Shown piece after piece: positions 6,584 to 14,706 of a DNA stretch of 32,000 bases (position 1 is the stretch's first letter; the number at the start of each line of letters is the position of its first letter). A program made the position numbers and the translations under genes. The DNA comes from Marinomonas communis. Lineage in GTDB: Bacteria > Pseudomonadota > Gammaproteobacteria > Pseudomonadales > Marinomonadaceae. The notes under the pieces are model-generated. The model did no database searches. It was not told where the DNA came from and saw only the letters and a list, made by a program, of their open reading frames with translations. The stretch is from NCBI RefSeq assembly GCF_004363305.1, contig NZ_SNZA01000005.1, positions 269,014 to 301,013 on the forward strand, written 5' to 3'.

Positions 6584-9145
6584 ATGACGTCACTCTTGGG
6601 TTCAAATCAAACATCCAGATCACAGCTAGTCGTGGTGGGGAATGGCATGGTCGGCCACCATTTCATTGAGCAGTTAATCGAACTGGGGGGCCTTGATGAA
6701 TACGATATTACGGTGTTTGGGGAAGAGGTTAATCTTGCATACGATCGTGTGCATCTTAGTGATTACTTCAACGGTGCGACCGCTGAAGACTTAGCTATGA
6801 CAACCAGTGATTACTATCTTAATCATGGTGTGACGTTTTACACCAATACTCGAGTGATTGCTTTAGACAGAGAACAGAAGCTTGTTCTCATCGAAGATGG
6901 TGAGGCCGTTTCCTACGATAAACTTGTTTTAGCAACAGGTTCTTATCCTTTTGTACCTCCTATTCCAGGGCATCAACGTGAGAACACATTTGTATATCGT
7001 ACCCTAGATGATCTGGATGCTATTAAAGCATGTGCCGATAAAGTAAAAACGGGTACGGTTGTCGGTGGTGGGTTATTAGGTTTGGAAGCCGCTAATGCCC
7101 TTAAAAACCTTGGTTTGGAAACCAGTGTTGTTGAGTTTGCACCAAGACTGATGCCGGTACAGCTGGATGAAACGGGCGGTGCTGTTCTAAAAGAAATGAT
7201 CGAAGGGCTGGGCGTCTCTGTACTCACGGCAACGGCTACAAACGACATTGTGGATGGTGAGCAAGCATACCATCGAATGAATTTTGCAGGTGGTGACTTC
7301 CTAGAAACGGATCTAATTTTATTCTCCGCGGGTATCCGACCACGAGATGAGTTAGCACGCCAAAGTGAGCTGGAGATCGGCGAGCGCGGCGGCATTGTAA
7401 TCAATAATCAGTGTATTACCAGTGACGCGGATATCTACGCGATTGGTGAGTGTGCTCTATGGGAAGGTCGCATATACGGATTGGTTGCACCGGGCTATAC
7501 CATGGCGAAAACCGCTGCAGGGCACTTGATGCGTAATGTTGGAGCTGCATTTACCGGAGCCGACATGAGCACCAAGCTTAAACTTTTGGGTTGTGATGTG
7601 GGTTCGATTGGTGATGCCCATGCTATCTCTCAGGGAGCGCGTAGCTTCATTTATCAGGACCAAGTAAATCAAGAGTATCGCAAACTGGTTGTCAGTGAAG
7701 ATGGCAAGAAAGTCATTGGTGCTGTGCTGGTAGGTGATAACAGCTATTACGATACATTGCTGCAATACTACCTCAACGGTATCGATCTACCTGAGCAGGC
7801 GCAGTCACTTATTTTGCCTGCTTCGAATGGCGAGTCTGTTGGCTTAGGCGTGGATGCATTGCCTGCTGCGGCATCGATCTGTTCATGTCATAACGTTACT
7901 AAACAAGACATTTCCGATGCTGTGGCGTCTGGAGCGATGAGTGTCGCAGATGTCAAAGGGGCGACCAAAGCTGCGACTGGCTGTGGTGGTTGTGCAGCAC
8001 TCTTGAAAAAAGTGGTGGATAACGAACTAACGGCCTTAGGGGTTGAGGTCAGTACTGATATTTGTGAACACTTTCCATTTACCCGCCAAGACCTTTACAA
8101 CCTGGTGAAAGTTGAAGGTATTAAGAGCTTCAAAGCGCTATTAGATAAGCATGGTAAAGGTCACGGTTGTGAGATCTGTAAGCCTGCAGTAGGCTCAATT
8201 TTGGCATCAGTTTGGAATGACTATGTCCTTACGAATGACCATATCAGTCTTCAGGATACAAACGATCGTTTCCTTGCAAACATGCAAAAAGATGGTACTT
8301 ACTCAATCGTACCAAGGATTCCAGGCGGTGAAATTACGCCTGAAAAATTGATCGTAATCGGTGAGGTCGCTAAGGATTACAAGCTTTATACCAAGATCAC
8401 TGGCGGACAACGTATCGATTTATTTGGTGCGACTTTGGCTCAATTGCCAGAAATTTGGAAGCGTTTAATTGATGCTGGATTCGAAACGGGCCAAGCATAT
8501 GGTAAGTCTGTTCGTACAGTAAAGTCCTGTGTTGGTAGCACATGGTGTCGCTATGGTGTCAATGACAGTGTTGGAATGGCGATAAAAATTGAGAATCGAT
8601 ACAAAGGATTGCGCTCCCCTCATAAGCTCAAGTTTGCCGTGTCTGGTTGTACTCGTGAGTGTGCCGAAGCGCAGAGTAAAGACATCGGTGTAATCGCTAC
8701 AGAAGGGGGTTGGAACCTTTATGTCTGTGGCAATGGTGGAATGAAGCCACGTCACGCGGATCTGTTTGCTACTGACCTCGATGACGAAACGCTGATCCGC
8801 TACATTGACCGTGTTCTGATGTTCTATGTAAAAACTGCAGACCGTCTGCAGCGTACCTCTGTATGGATGGATGGCCTGGAGGGGGGATTAGATTATCTAA
8901 AAGACGTGGTTATAAATGACTCGTTAGGTCTTGGCGATGAACTTGAGCAACAAATGTCTCATGTTGTGGATACTTTCCAGTGTGAGTGGAAAACAACGGT
9001 AAATGATGAGAAAGCACTGAAAACATTCCGCCAGTTCGTCAATTATGATGGTACGGATGAAAACGTTGTCTTTGTTCAAGAGCGGGACCAAATTCGTCCG
9101 GCGACAGAAGATGAAAAGTATGAACTCATTGCCAAGGCGGTATAG
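6584..9145 (+). CDS. nirB: NAD(P)H-dependent assimilatory nitrite reductase, large subunit
   Basis: 853 aa with FAD/NAD motifs (VVVGNGMVGHHF, VVGGGLLGLEAA). BFD-like 2Fe-2S motif CSCHNV...GCGGC. Siroheme/4Fe-4S cysteine clusters CVGSTWCRYG and SGCTRECAEAQ. AAGGGG SD lies 6 nt before the ATG. Confidence 0.95.
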   Translation: MTSLLGSNQTSRSQLVVVGNGMVGHHFIEQLIELGGLDEYDITVFGEEVNLAYDRVHLSDYFNGATAEDLAMTTSDYYLNHGVTFYTNTRVIALDREQKLVLIEDGEAVSYDKLVLATGSYPFVPPIPGHQRENTFVYRTLDDLDAIKACADKVKTGTVVGGGLLGLEAANALKNLGLETSVVEFAPRLMPVQLDETGGAVLKEMIEGLGVSVLTATATNDIVDGEQAYHRMNFAGGDFLETDLILFSAGIRPRDELARQSELEIGERGGIVINNQCITSDADIYAIGECALWEGRIYGLVAPGYTMAKTAAGHLMRNVGAAFTGADMSTKLKLLGCDVGSIGDAHAISQGARSFIYQDQVNQEYRKLVVSEDGKKVIGAVLVGDNSYYDTLLQYYLNGIDLPEQAQSLILPASNGESVGLGVDALPAAASICSCHNVTKQDISDAVASGAMSVADVKGATKAATGCGGCAALLKKVVDNELTALGVEVSTDICEHFPFTRQDLYNLVKVEGIKSFKALLDKHGKGHGCEICKPAVGSILASVWNDYVLTNDHISLQDTNDRFLANMQKDGTYSIVPRIPGGEITPEKLIVIGEVAKDYKLYTKITGGQRIDLFGATLAQLPEIWKRLIDAGFETGQAYGKSVRTVKSCVGSTWCRYGVNDSVGMAIKIENRYKGLRSPHKLKFAVSGCTRECAEAQSKDIGVIATEGGWNLYVCGNGGMKPRHADLFATDLDDETLIRYIDRVLMFYVKTADRLQRTSVWMDGLEGGLDYLKDVVINDSLGLGDELEQQMSHVVDTFQCEWKTTVNDEKALKTFRQFVNYDGTDENVVFVQERDQIRPATEDEKYELIAKAV

Positions 9146-9154
9146 GTGGTCCTT

Positions 9155-9478
9155 ATGAACTGGAACTTAATTTGTACGAAAGATGATTTGGTGGAAGATG
9201 CTGGCGTTGCCGCAATGGTGAATGGTGAGCAAGTGGCAATTTTCTATGTGCCTGAAGCGGAAGAGTCGGTCTTTGCTGTCAGTAACTGGGACCCGATTGG
9301 TAAAGCCAATGTTATGTCCCGTGGTTTGACCGCTCATTTAGAGGGACAATGGGTTGTCGCCAGTCCCCTATATAAACAGCATTACGTACTTAACTCTGGC
9401 CAGTGTTTAGAAGAAGACATCACTTTGAAGGTATGGCCGATTAAATTGGTGGATAACGACGTATATCTAGCCAGTTAA
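9155..9478 (+). CDS. nirD: Nitrite reductase small subunit
   Basis: About 107 aa Rieske-like small subunit. ICTKDDL...GEQVAIFYVPE...VFAVSNWDPIGKANVMSRGL...VASPLYKQHY aligns with enterobacterial NirD. ATG 9155 is preferred (AGGTGG at 9144-9149) over the GTG at 9146 abutting the nirB stop. Confidence 0.9.
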   Translation: MNWNLICTKDDLVEDAGVAAMVNGEQVAIFYVPEAEESVFAVSNWDPIGKANVMSRGLTAHLEGQWVVASPLYKQHYVLNSGQCLEEDITLKVWPIKLVDNDVYLAS

Positions 9479-9571
9479 GAGAGTGTGAGCTTTTTTGGTG
9501 CGTTTTACTGTCAAAAGGCTTGTGTAATTCCCCAATGTAAGGCGATTTGTTTGTTTTTGATGGCAAATACT

Positions 9572-9587
9572 TGGCCTAATTATTGCT
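9572..9587 (+). promoter_or_regulatory. Candidate second sigma-54 (-24/-12) promoter, in front of nasA
   Basis: TGGCCT-aatta-TTGCT with GG-N10-GC spacing. The predicted start is about 10-12 nt downstream, right at the base of hairpin P1 (9602). Confidence 0.5.
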
Positions 9588-9601
9588 AAAACTAATATGT
9601 T

Positions 9602-9644
9602 CAGAATATCCAGTGTTGGGATTCTGCTGTTTGGCAAAGTAGCC
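9602..9644 (+). promoter_or_regulatory. ANTAR-type dual hexaloop RNA element in the nasA leader
   Basis: P1 is CAGAAT-at-CC[AGTGTT]GG-g-ATTCTG (9602-9626). P2 is GGC[AAAGTA]GCC (9633-9644). Both hexaloops have A1 and G4, and the P2 3' arm overlaps the terminator 5' arm. The 11-mer GTTTGGCAAAG (9629-9639) is identical to 1923-1933 in the nasF leader. Confidence 0.55.
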
Positions 9645-9675
9645 CTGAATTCCGCAAGGAATCAGGGCTTTTTTT
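9641..9675 (+). terminator. Intrinsic terminator 16 nt upstream of the nasA start codon
   Basis: AGCCCTG(A)ATTCC / GGAATCAGGGCT forms a 12-bp stem with one bulged A and a GCAA tetraloop (9654-9657). A run of 7 T follows, through 9675. Confidence 0.8.
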
Positions 9676-9691
9676 ATGTGTAGAGGAAAGT

Positions 9692-12355
9692 ATGTCAGCT
9701 TTAACTACCTGTCCATACTGTGGCGTAGGCTGTGGTGTAAAAGTCTCTGTAGCAGAGCAGCCCGAGAACGGTTTTTCTAGCCTAACGGGCGATGATTCAC
9801 ACCCAGCTAATTTTGGCCGTTTATGTGTTAAAGGCAGCAACTTAAAAGATACGTTAGTCCATGAAGATCGGCTTTTGACACCACGTGTTGATGGTCAAGA
9901 TGTTTCATGGCAAGAAGCTACTGACTACATAGCCGAGCGCATTCAGCGAGTGGTTGAACAGCATGGTCCTGATGCTTTTGCGTTTTATCTATCCGGCCAG
10001 ATTTTGACGGAAGACTACTATGTCGCTAATAAATTGGCGAAAGGTTTTATCGGAACCGCCAATGTCGATACGAATTCCAGACTTTGCATGGCTTCGGCAG
10101 TGGTTGGCTATAAACGAGCATTCGGCTCCGACACGGTACCTTGCAACTATGAAGATTTAGAAAAGTGCGACCTGCTAATCATGGTGGGTTCAAATGCTGC
10201 TTGGACTCATCCTATCTTATTCCAAAGAATTGCCGCTGCTAAAGCGAAGCGCCCAAAAATGAAAGTGGTCGTGATTGACCCCCGTAAAACGGCGACGTGT
10301 GATATTGCAGACTTACATTTAGCTATTCGTCCGGGGTCTGATGCGGCGATCTTTAATTTTCTGCTGGCGGAATCTGAGCGTCGTTTTGTGACCAATGGCG
10401 AATACATAAAACAACATACTAATGGGTTTGATGCCACCTTGGCGTCGGCTCAACGATCAGCACCGAATGCGAAAACGGTTTCTGTACATTGTGGTGTTAG
10501 TGAAGAAGATCTAGAGCGGTTAGCGACTTGGTGGGCAACAACAGACAAAACGGTGAGCTTTTATTCTCAGGGCGTTAATCAGTCCTCCTCTGGGGTAGAT
10601 AAGTGTAATGCCATTATTAATTGTCATTTGGCGACAGGGCGAATAGGCCAAGAAGGAATGGGGCCGTTCTCAATCACAGGACAGCCGAATGCCATGGGGG
10701 GGCGAGAAGTCGGCGGCTTGGCAAATCAGCTAGCGGCGCATATGGACTTCGCAACACCGAACGCAATCGAGTTGGTCCAGCGCTTTTGGCAAGCTCCTAA
10801 TATGGCACAGGAAAATGGTCTGAAGGCCATTGATATGTTCCAAGCGGTTGAACAAGGGAAAATCAAAGTTCTTTGGATTATGTCGACAAATCCGATGGTT
10901 AGTTTGCCTGATACAGAACAGGTGCGCCGTGCACTAGAGAAATGCGAGTTGGTCATCGTCAGTGATTGCAAGCAATCTACCGATACTACTGCCTACGCGG
11001 ATGTGTTACTGCCGGCCTTGCCTTGGAGTGAAAAGGACGGAACGGTTACCAATTCTGAACGGCGCATATCAAGACAGCGCGGATTGCTCCCTGCGCGAGG
11101 TGAAGCGAAAGCCGACTGGTGGGCGATTTGTCAGGTTGCTGGTGCGATGGGGTATCAGAGCGCATTCAGCTATCGTTCGGTACATGATATTTTTCGTGAG
11201 CATGCCGCTCTGTCGGGTTTTGAAAACCATGGTAAGCGTGACTTTGATATCAGTTTATTTAGCAACATTAGTGAGCAAGCCTACCAAGACTTATTGCCAA
11301 TCCAGTGGCCGGTGACAAAGGAAAGCCCGAATGGTACTGCGAGAATGTTTACCGACGGGAGGTTTTTTACGGCGGATCGTAAAGCAAACTTCATCCCCAT
11401 TGATGTAAAAGAGCCACAGATTGCTCCTGATGAAGATTGGCCTTTTGTACTCAATACCGGCAGGGTTCGTGATCAATGGCACACCATGACGAGAACCGGT
11501 GATGCGGCCATTTTGTCACGACATATAGATCAGCCTTACGTTGAAATTCACCCGCAGGACGCTGCAGCGTTATCGATCGCAGACCACCAGTTAGTTCGCC
11601 TAACGTCTCTATATGGAGAAGCAGTTCTGAGAGCAAAACTGTCTGATCAGGTGCTGCCGAAGAATGTGTTTGTGCCCATTCATTGGACCAGACAATTTGC
11701 CAGTCAGTCGGTAGTGTCATCGCTGATCCCACAAATTGTGGATGCGCTCTCGGGGCAACCAGAATCAAAACATGCAGTGGTGAACTTGCAGCCTGTTGAA
11801 AACATTCGTTACGGCTATTTGGTATCGACAGCATTAGAGATTGTTGAGGGCTTCGAGTATTGGTGCAGAGTGCCAACGGATTTCGGAGAGCGGCTTGAGT
11901 TTGCTTACCAAGATGAGCTTTGTATGGCGGAACTGAACCTTGTCATCGAAGCGGCGTCTCCTGGTGGTGAGTGGCTTGAGTATGAGAACCCGATTAATCA
12001 GCATGTACGACGTGTTTATTTTGTAGATGGTGTTCCTAAAGCTGTTTTGTTGACACAAGCAACTCCAAATCTTCCGGTATCAAATTGGTTGGAGGAGCAG
12101 GTACTTCAATGTGAAGCGTTAACGGCTAACGAGCGTTTAGCGCTATTAGTGGGGCGCGCTTCGGGTGCAGTTGATAAAGGCGCCATCGTTTGTTCTTGCT
12201 TCCAAGTGGGTGAAAAGCAAATTTTACAAGCCATTGAAAGCGGGCAAGACAGCGTTGCTAAGCTAGGGGAAGCGTTGCAATGTGGAACAAACTGCGGCTC
12301 TTGTATCCCAGAGATTAAACAATTATTACCTAATATCGTAGAGGTGGTGTCATGA
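9692..12355 (+). CDS. nasA: Assimilatory nitrate reductase catalytic subunit (Mo-bisMGD), with a C-terminal BFD-like 2Fe-2S domain
   Basis: N-terminal 4Fe-4S motif CPYCGVGCGV...LCVKG. Molybdopterin oxidoreductase blocks are present (GSNAAWTHPILF, TGQPNAMGGREVG, LNTGRVRDQWHTMTRTG). The C-terminus is CSCFQVGEKQILQAI...CGTNCGSCIPEI. GAGGAAAG SD precedes the ATG. Confidence 0.93.
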   Translation: MSALTTCPYCGVGCGVKVSVAEQPENGFSSLTGDDSHPANFGRLCVKGSNLKDTLVHEDRLLTPRVDGQDVSWQEATDYIAERIQRVVEQHGPDAFAFYLSGQILTEDYYVANKLAKGFIGTANVDTNSRLCMASAVVGYKRAFGSDTVPCNYEDLEKCDLLIMVGSNAAWTHPILFQRIAAAKAKRPKMKVVVIDPRKTATCDIADLHLAIRPGSDAAIFNFLLAESERRFVTNGEYIKQHTNGFDATLASAQRSAPNAKTVSVHCGVSEEDLERLATWWATTDKTVSFYSQGVNQSSSGVDKCNAIINCHLATGRIGQEGMGPFSITGQPNAMGGREVGGLANQLAAHMDFATPNAIELVQRFWQAPNMAQENGLKAIDMFQAVEQGKIKVLWIMSTNPMVSLPDTEQVRRALEKCELVIVSDCKQSTDTTAYADVLLPALPWSEKDGTVTNSERRISRQRGLLPARGEAKADWWAICQVAGAMGYQSAFSYRSVHDIFREHAALSGFENHGKRDFDISLFSNISEQAYQDLLPIQWPVTKESPNGTARMFTDGRFFTADRKANFIPIDVKEPQIAPDEDWPFVLNTGRVRDQWHTMTRTGDAAILSRHIDQPYVEIHPQDAAALSIADHQLVRLTSLYGEAVLRAKLSDQVLPKNVFVPIHWTRQFASQSVVSSLIPQIVDALSGQPESKHAVVNLQPVENIRYGYLVSTALEIVEGFEYWCRVPTDFGERLEFAYQDELCMAELNLVIEAASPGGEWLEYENPINQHVRRVYFVDGVPKAVLLTQATPNLPVSNWLEEQVLQCEALTANERLALLVGRASGAVDKGAIVCSCFQVGEKQILQAIESGQDSVAKLGEALQCGTNCGSCIPEIKQLLPNIVEVVS

Positions 12356-13359
12356 GTGCAGATTTCACGCAATTTATTAAGATCTTAGGTAAAGGTAAGA
12401 AAGGTGCTCGCACATTAACCATGGACGAAGCGGAGCTGGCAATGTCGATGATGTTGGCAGGACAAGCGTTACCCGAGCAGGAAGGGGCCTTTTGGATGTT
12501 GATCCGCATTCGTGAGGAGACCGTTGAGGAGACCGTTGGTTTTACCAAAGCTGTCAGAGCACATTTAGCAAAACAGATGCCTAATGCTAAGGTGGATATT
12601 GATTGGCCTGCTTATGCAGGAAAGCGCAATGAACTGCCTTGGTTCTTGCTTTCTGCACTTGCACTAGCTGATGCTGGCTATCAAATCGTCATGCATGGGC
12701 ACTCTTTTAAAGGAGAAGGGCGACTATACGTTGATGAGGTTATCCAGTCTTTAGGTCTGCCATTTCTAACGGAGCAGAATGCTCATCTATTGGAAGACCA
12801 CCTTGCGCAACATCGCTTTCTTTATTTACCGCTTGCGAGCATCGATAAGCGCCTGTCCAAAATGATGGATTTAAAGCTGTCCTTAGGCTTGCGCTCACCG
12901 GTTAACACAGTGGTTCGAATGATGAACCCGTTGCAAGCGAAGCACAGTGTGCATGGTGTGTTTCACAAAGGCTATGATGATTTGCACGCACAAGCCTGTT
13001 TGCAGCTTGAAGATCCTTCTGTATTGATCTTCAGAGGGGGCAACGGTGAAGCTGAAATTAATCCAGAAAGAGAGGTCACATTGGCAACTGTTCAGGATGG
13101 GCAATTAAAATGGGATAAATGGGCACGTTATGAGCACGAACATACCCGTAACAAAGACAATTTATCCATTGAGCGCCTGATTGATCATTGGACAGGTGTC
13201 TCGGTCGACCCATTCGGTGAAAAAGCGGTTTTGCAAACTATGGCGGGCGTACTGGGATTAATCCATAATGAGCCGGATCAGGCTCACTGTTTAGAGCTGG
13301 CAGCTTTACTCTGGCAGTCAAGGCATCGTGAGTATTTGCAATACAATCAAGTAGTATAG
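12352..13359 (+). CDS. TrpD2/YbiB-like protein (glycosyl transferase family 3 fold, not a true anthranilate phosphoribosyltransferase)
   Basis: 335 aa. Recalled similarity to E. coli YbiB along the length (IKILGKGKKGARTLTMDEA..., AYAGKRNELPWFL, GLRSPVNTVVRMMNPL, HGVFHKGYDD, LIFRGGNGEAEINPER). AYAGKRN occupies the place of the TrpD GTGGD PRPP motif. The ATG overlaps the nasA TGA (ATGA at 12352-12355). Confidence 0.7.
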   Translation: MSADFTQFIKILGKGKKGARTLTMDEAELAMSMMLAGQALPEQEGAFWMLIRIREETVEETVGFTKAVRAHLAKQMPNAKVDIDWPAYAGKRNELPWFLLSALALADAGYQIVMHGHSFKGEGRLYVDEVIQSLGLPFLTEQNAHLLEDHLAQHRFLYLPLASIDKRLSKMMDLKLSLGLRSPVNTVVRMMNPLQAKHSVHGVFHKGYDDLHAQACLQLEDPSVLIFRGGNGEAEINPEREVTLATVQDGQLKWDKWARYEHEHTRNKDNLSIERLIDHWTGVSVDPFGEKAVLQTMAGVLGLIHNEPDQAHCLELAALLWQSRHREYLQYNQVV

Positions 13360-13363
13360 GTCT

Positions 13364-13948
13364 ATGGTTTCAAGGGACGATGTTTCAGTTTTGATTTTGG
13401 CGGGTGGGCAGGCTCTGCGTATGGGAGGCGTCGACAAGGCGCGTCAGCTTTACCAGGGTGTTCCTCTGATTGAACATGTCATATGTGCGGCACAGCCCTT
13501 TACCAATCGTATTGTAATAAGCGCCAACCAGAATATTGAGTACTATAAAACATTGGCTGATGACGTCGTTGTTGATCAACCTCCTTGGCAAACTATCGGT
13601 CCATTAGGCGGCTTGTTTGCCATGTTGCCGAGTTTAGAAGATCAGCAGTCTATTCTGATTTTACCTTGTGATACGCCTCGGATTTCAACGCTTGCATTAG
13701 AAAGTTTGTTGGCTGCCTCGAAAGCCGCACCGAGTAAGGTTCATTGTCTGAAAACGGAAAATGGGTGGCAGCCTCTGCATGCAGTTTTACCTGTCGCCCG
13801 TTTAAAGCAATGTTTATCAGAGTATTTGGATAGAGCTGAGCACTTCGGGGTAATGGGCTTTTATAACTTTCTTGGGTGCGAGTCCGTTTATTGGGATCGA
13901 CAGGAGGAATTGCTCAATATTAATCGTATTGAGGAGTTGAATCTTTAG
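13364..13948 (+). CDS. mobA: Molybdenum cofactor guanylyltransferase
   Basis: 194 aa with the N-terminal MobA signature VLILAGGQALRMGGVDKA and an internal LPCDTP motif. This fits the Mo-bisMGD requirement of NasA. Confidence 0.85.
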   Translation: MVSRDDVSVLILAGGQALRMGGVDKARQLYQGVPLIEHVICAAQPFTNRIVISANQNIEYYKTLADDVVVDQPPWQTIGPLGGLFAMLPSLEDQQSILILPCDTPRISTLALESLLAASKAAPSKVHCLKTENGWQPLHAVLPVARLKQCLSEYLDRAEHFGVMGFYNFLGCESVYWDRQEELLNINRIEELNL

Positions 13949-14696
13949 TTGTAGTGGATTGTTCTACTTTATCCACATTGAGAGTATACGACTCTCCCTT
14001 TTCAAAGTGCTCCATCTTAACAAGCAAATAGTCGAGTTTTGGAGCGAACCAGAAGTACTGATGGCGTTTGTCTGAGAGGTTGTCAGTACGAATGACCTTG
14101 ATTGTTTCAAGCTCTCCTAATTTTGTCTGCACTAACTCTTTTGCTTTGGTTTCGAATGTGTATTGCTTAAGCTTGCCTCCATCAGCAATATTATAAGCAA
14201 GCTGTTCTCTCCCGCTTAACAGGTCATATCGCAGTTGTAACTGAAGTGTTAGACGATCTAGTGAAATATCGTCAATGGGCATTTTCCAAGTGTTATCTTT
14301 TACCGTGTTCGACGCTACCATTTCATCCCAATCAAACTCTACTTTGACATTTTTACGTTTACCTAGGATTCTTGAACTGTAGTGGTACTCAGTTGGACGT
14401 AAGCTCCCTGATTGGAGGCTGAACAGGCTCGTTTCTTTTAAAGAGGCTAGCAGTGTGTCGACATGAAAGTTGAATTGCCAAAGGTCTGCCGCTTGCTTGG
14501 TCAGTGTTTGGGTGCCTTCGACTTTAAGGGTAATGCCTTTTTTGTACAGTGTGCTGTAGGTGACCTGATAAGGTGCGAAAAATTCAGGCTCTGATGCAGG
14601 GATGGGGGCTCCCGAATTCTGTGAAATGTCTTCGGCGTAAGAGGGTACTATCAAGAGCAAACACGTTGCGATAAAAGATGTTCTGATAATACCCAT
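13920..14696 (-). CDS. Secreted hypothetical protein, DUF3108-like
   Basis: 258 aa with a signal peptide (FIATCLLLIVPSYA/ED) and beta-rich, alternating-polarity sequence. Its position immediately downstream of purN is, as I recall, where DUF3108 proteins sit in Pseudomonas-like genomes. The family assignment is from memory, not from a search. Confidence 0.6.
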   Translation of the reverse strand: MGIIRTSFIATCLLLIVPSYAEDISQNSGAPIPASEPEFFAPYQVTYSTLYKKGITLKVEGTQTLTKQAADLWQFNFHVDTLLASLKETSLFSLQSGSLRPTEYHYSSRILGKRKNVKVEFDWDEMVASNTVKDNTWKMPIDDISLDRLTLQLQLRYDLLSGREQLAYNIADGGKLKQYTFETKAKELVQTKLGELETIKVIRTDNLSDKRHQYFWFAPKLDYLLVKMEHFEKGESYTLNVDKVEQSTTTKDSTPQYD

Positions 14697-14706
14697 CTTG
14701 TTATTC

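Noticed and set aside
6973-7404. 143-aa minus-strand ORF, plus similar antisense or alternate-frame ORFs in the track (for example 7457-7765, 8465-8755, 10962-11315, 11451-11876, 12106-12548, 24082-24411, 26516-26824, 27842-28192, 30074-30484)
   Set aside because: All lie wholly inside strongly conserved, motif-rich genes (nirB, nasA, sucA, sucB, lpdA, sucC). They have low-complexity Ser/Pro/Arg/Ala-rich translations typical of the reverse frame of biased coding DNA, and no SD or recognisable motifs.
9561-9576. Overlapping alternative -24/-12-like element TGGCAA-atact-TGGC, 11 nt upstream of the reported nasA sigma-54 candidate
   Set aside because: Its -12 region (TGGC) fits the TTGC consensus less well than the downstream candidate (TTGCT). 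It is noted only as an ambiguity in promoter placement.
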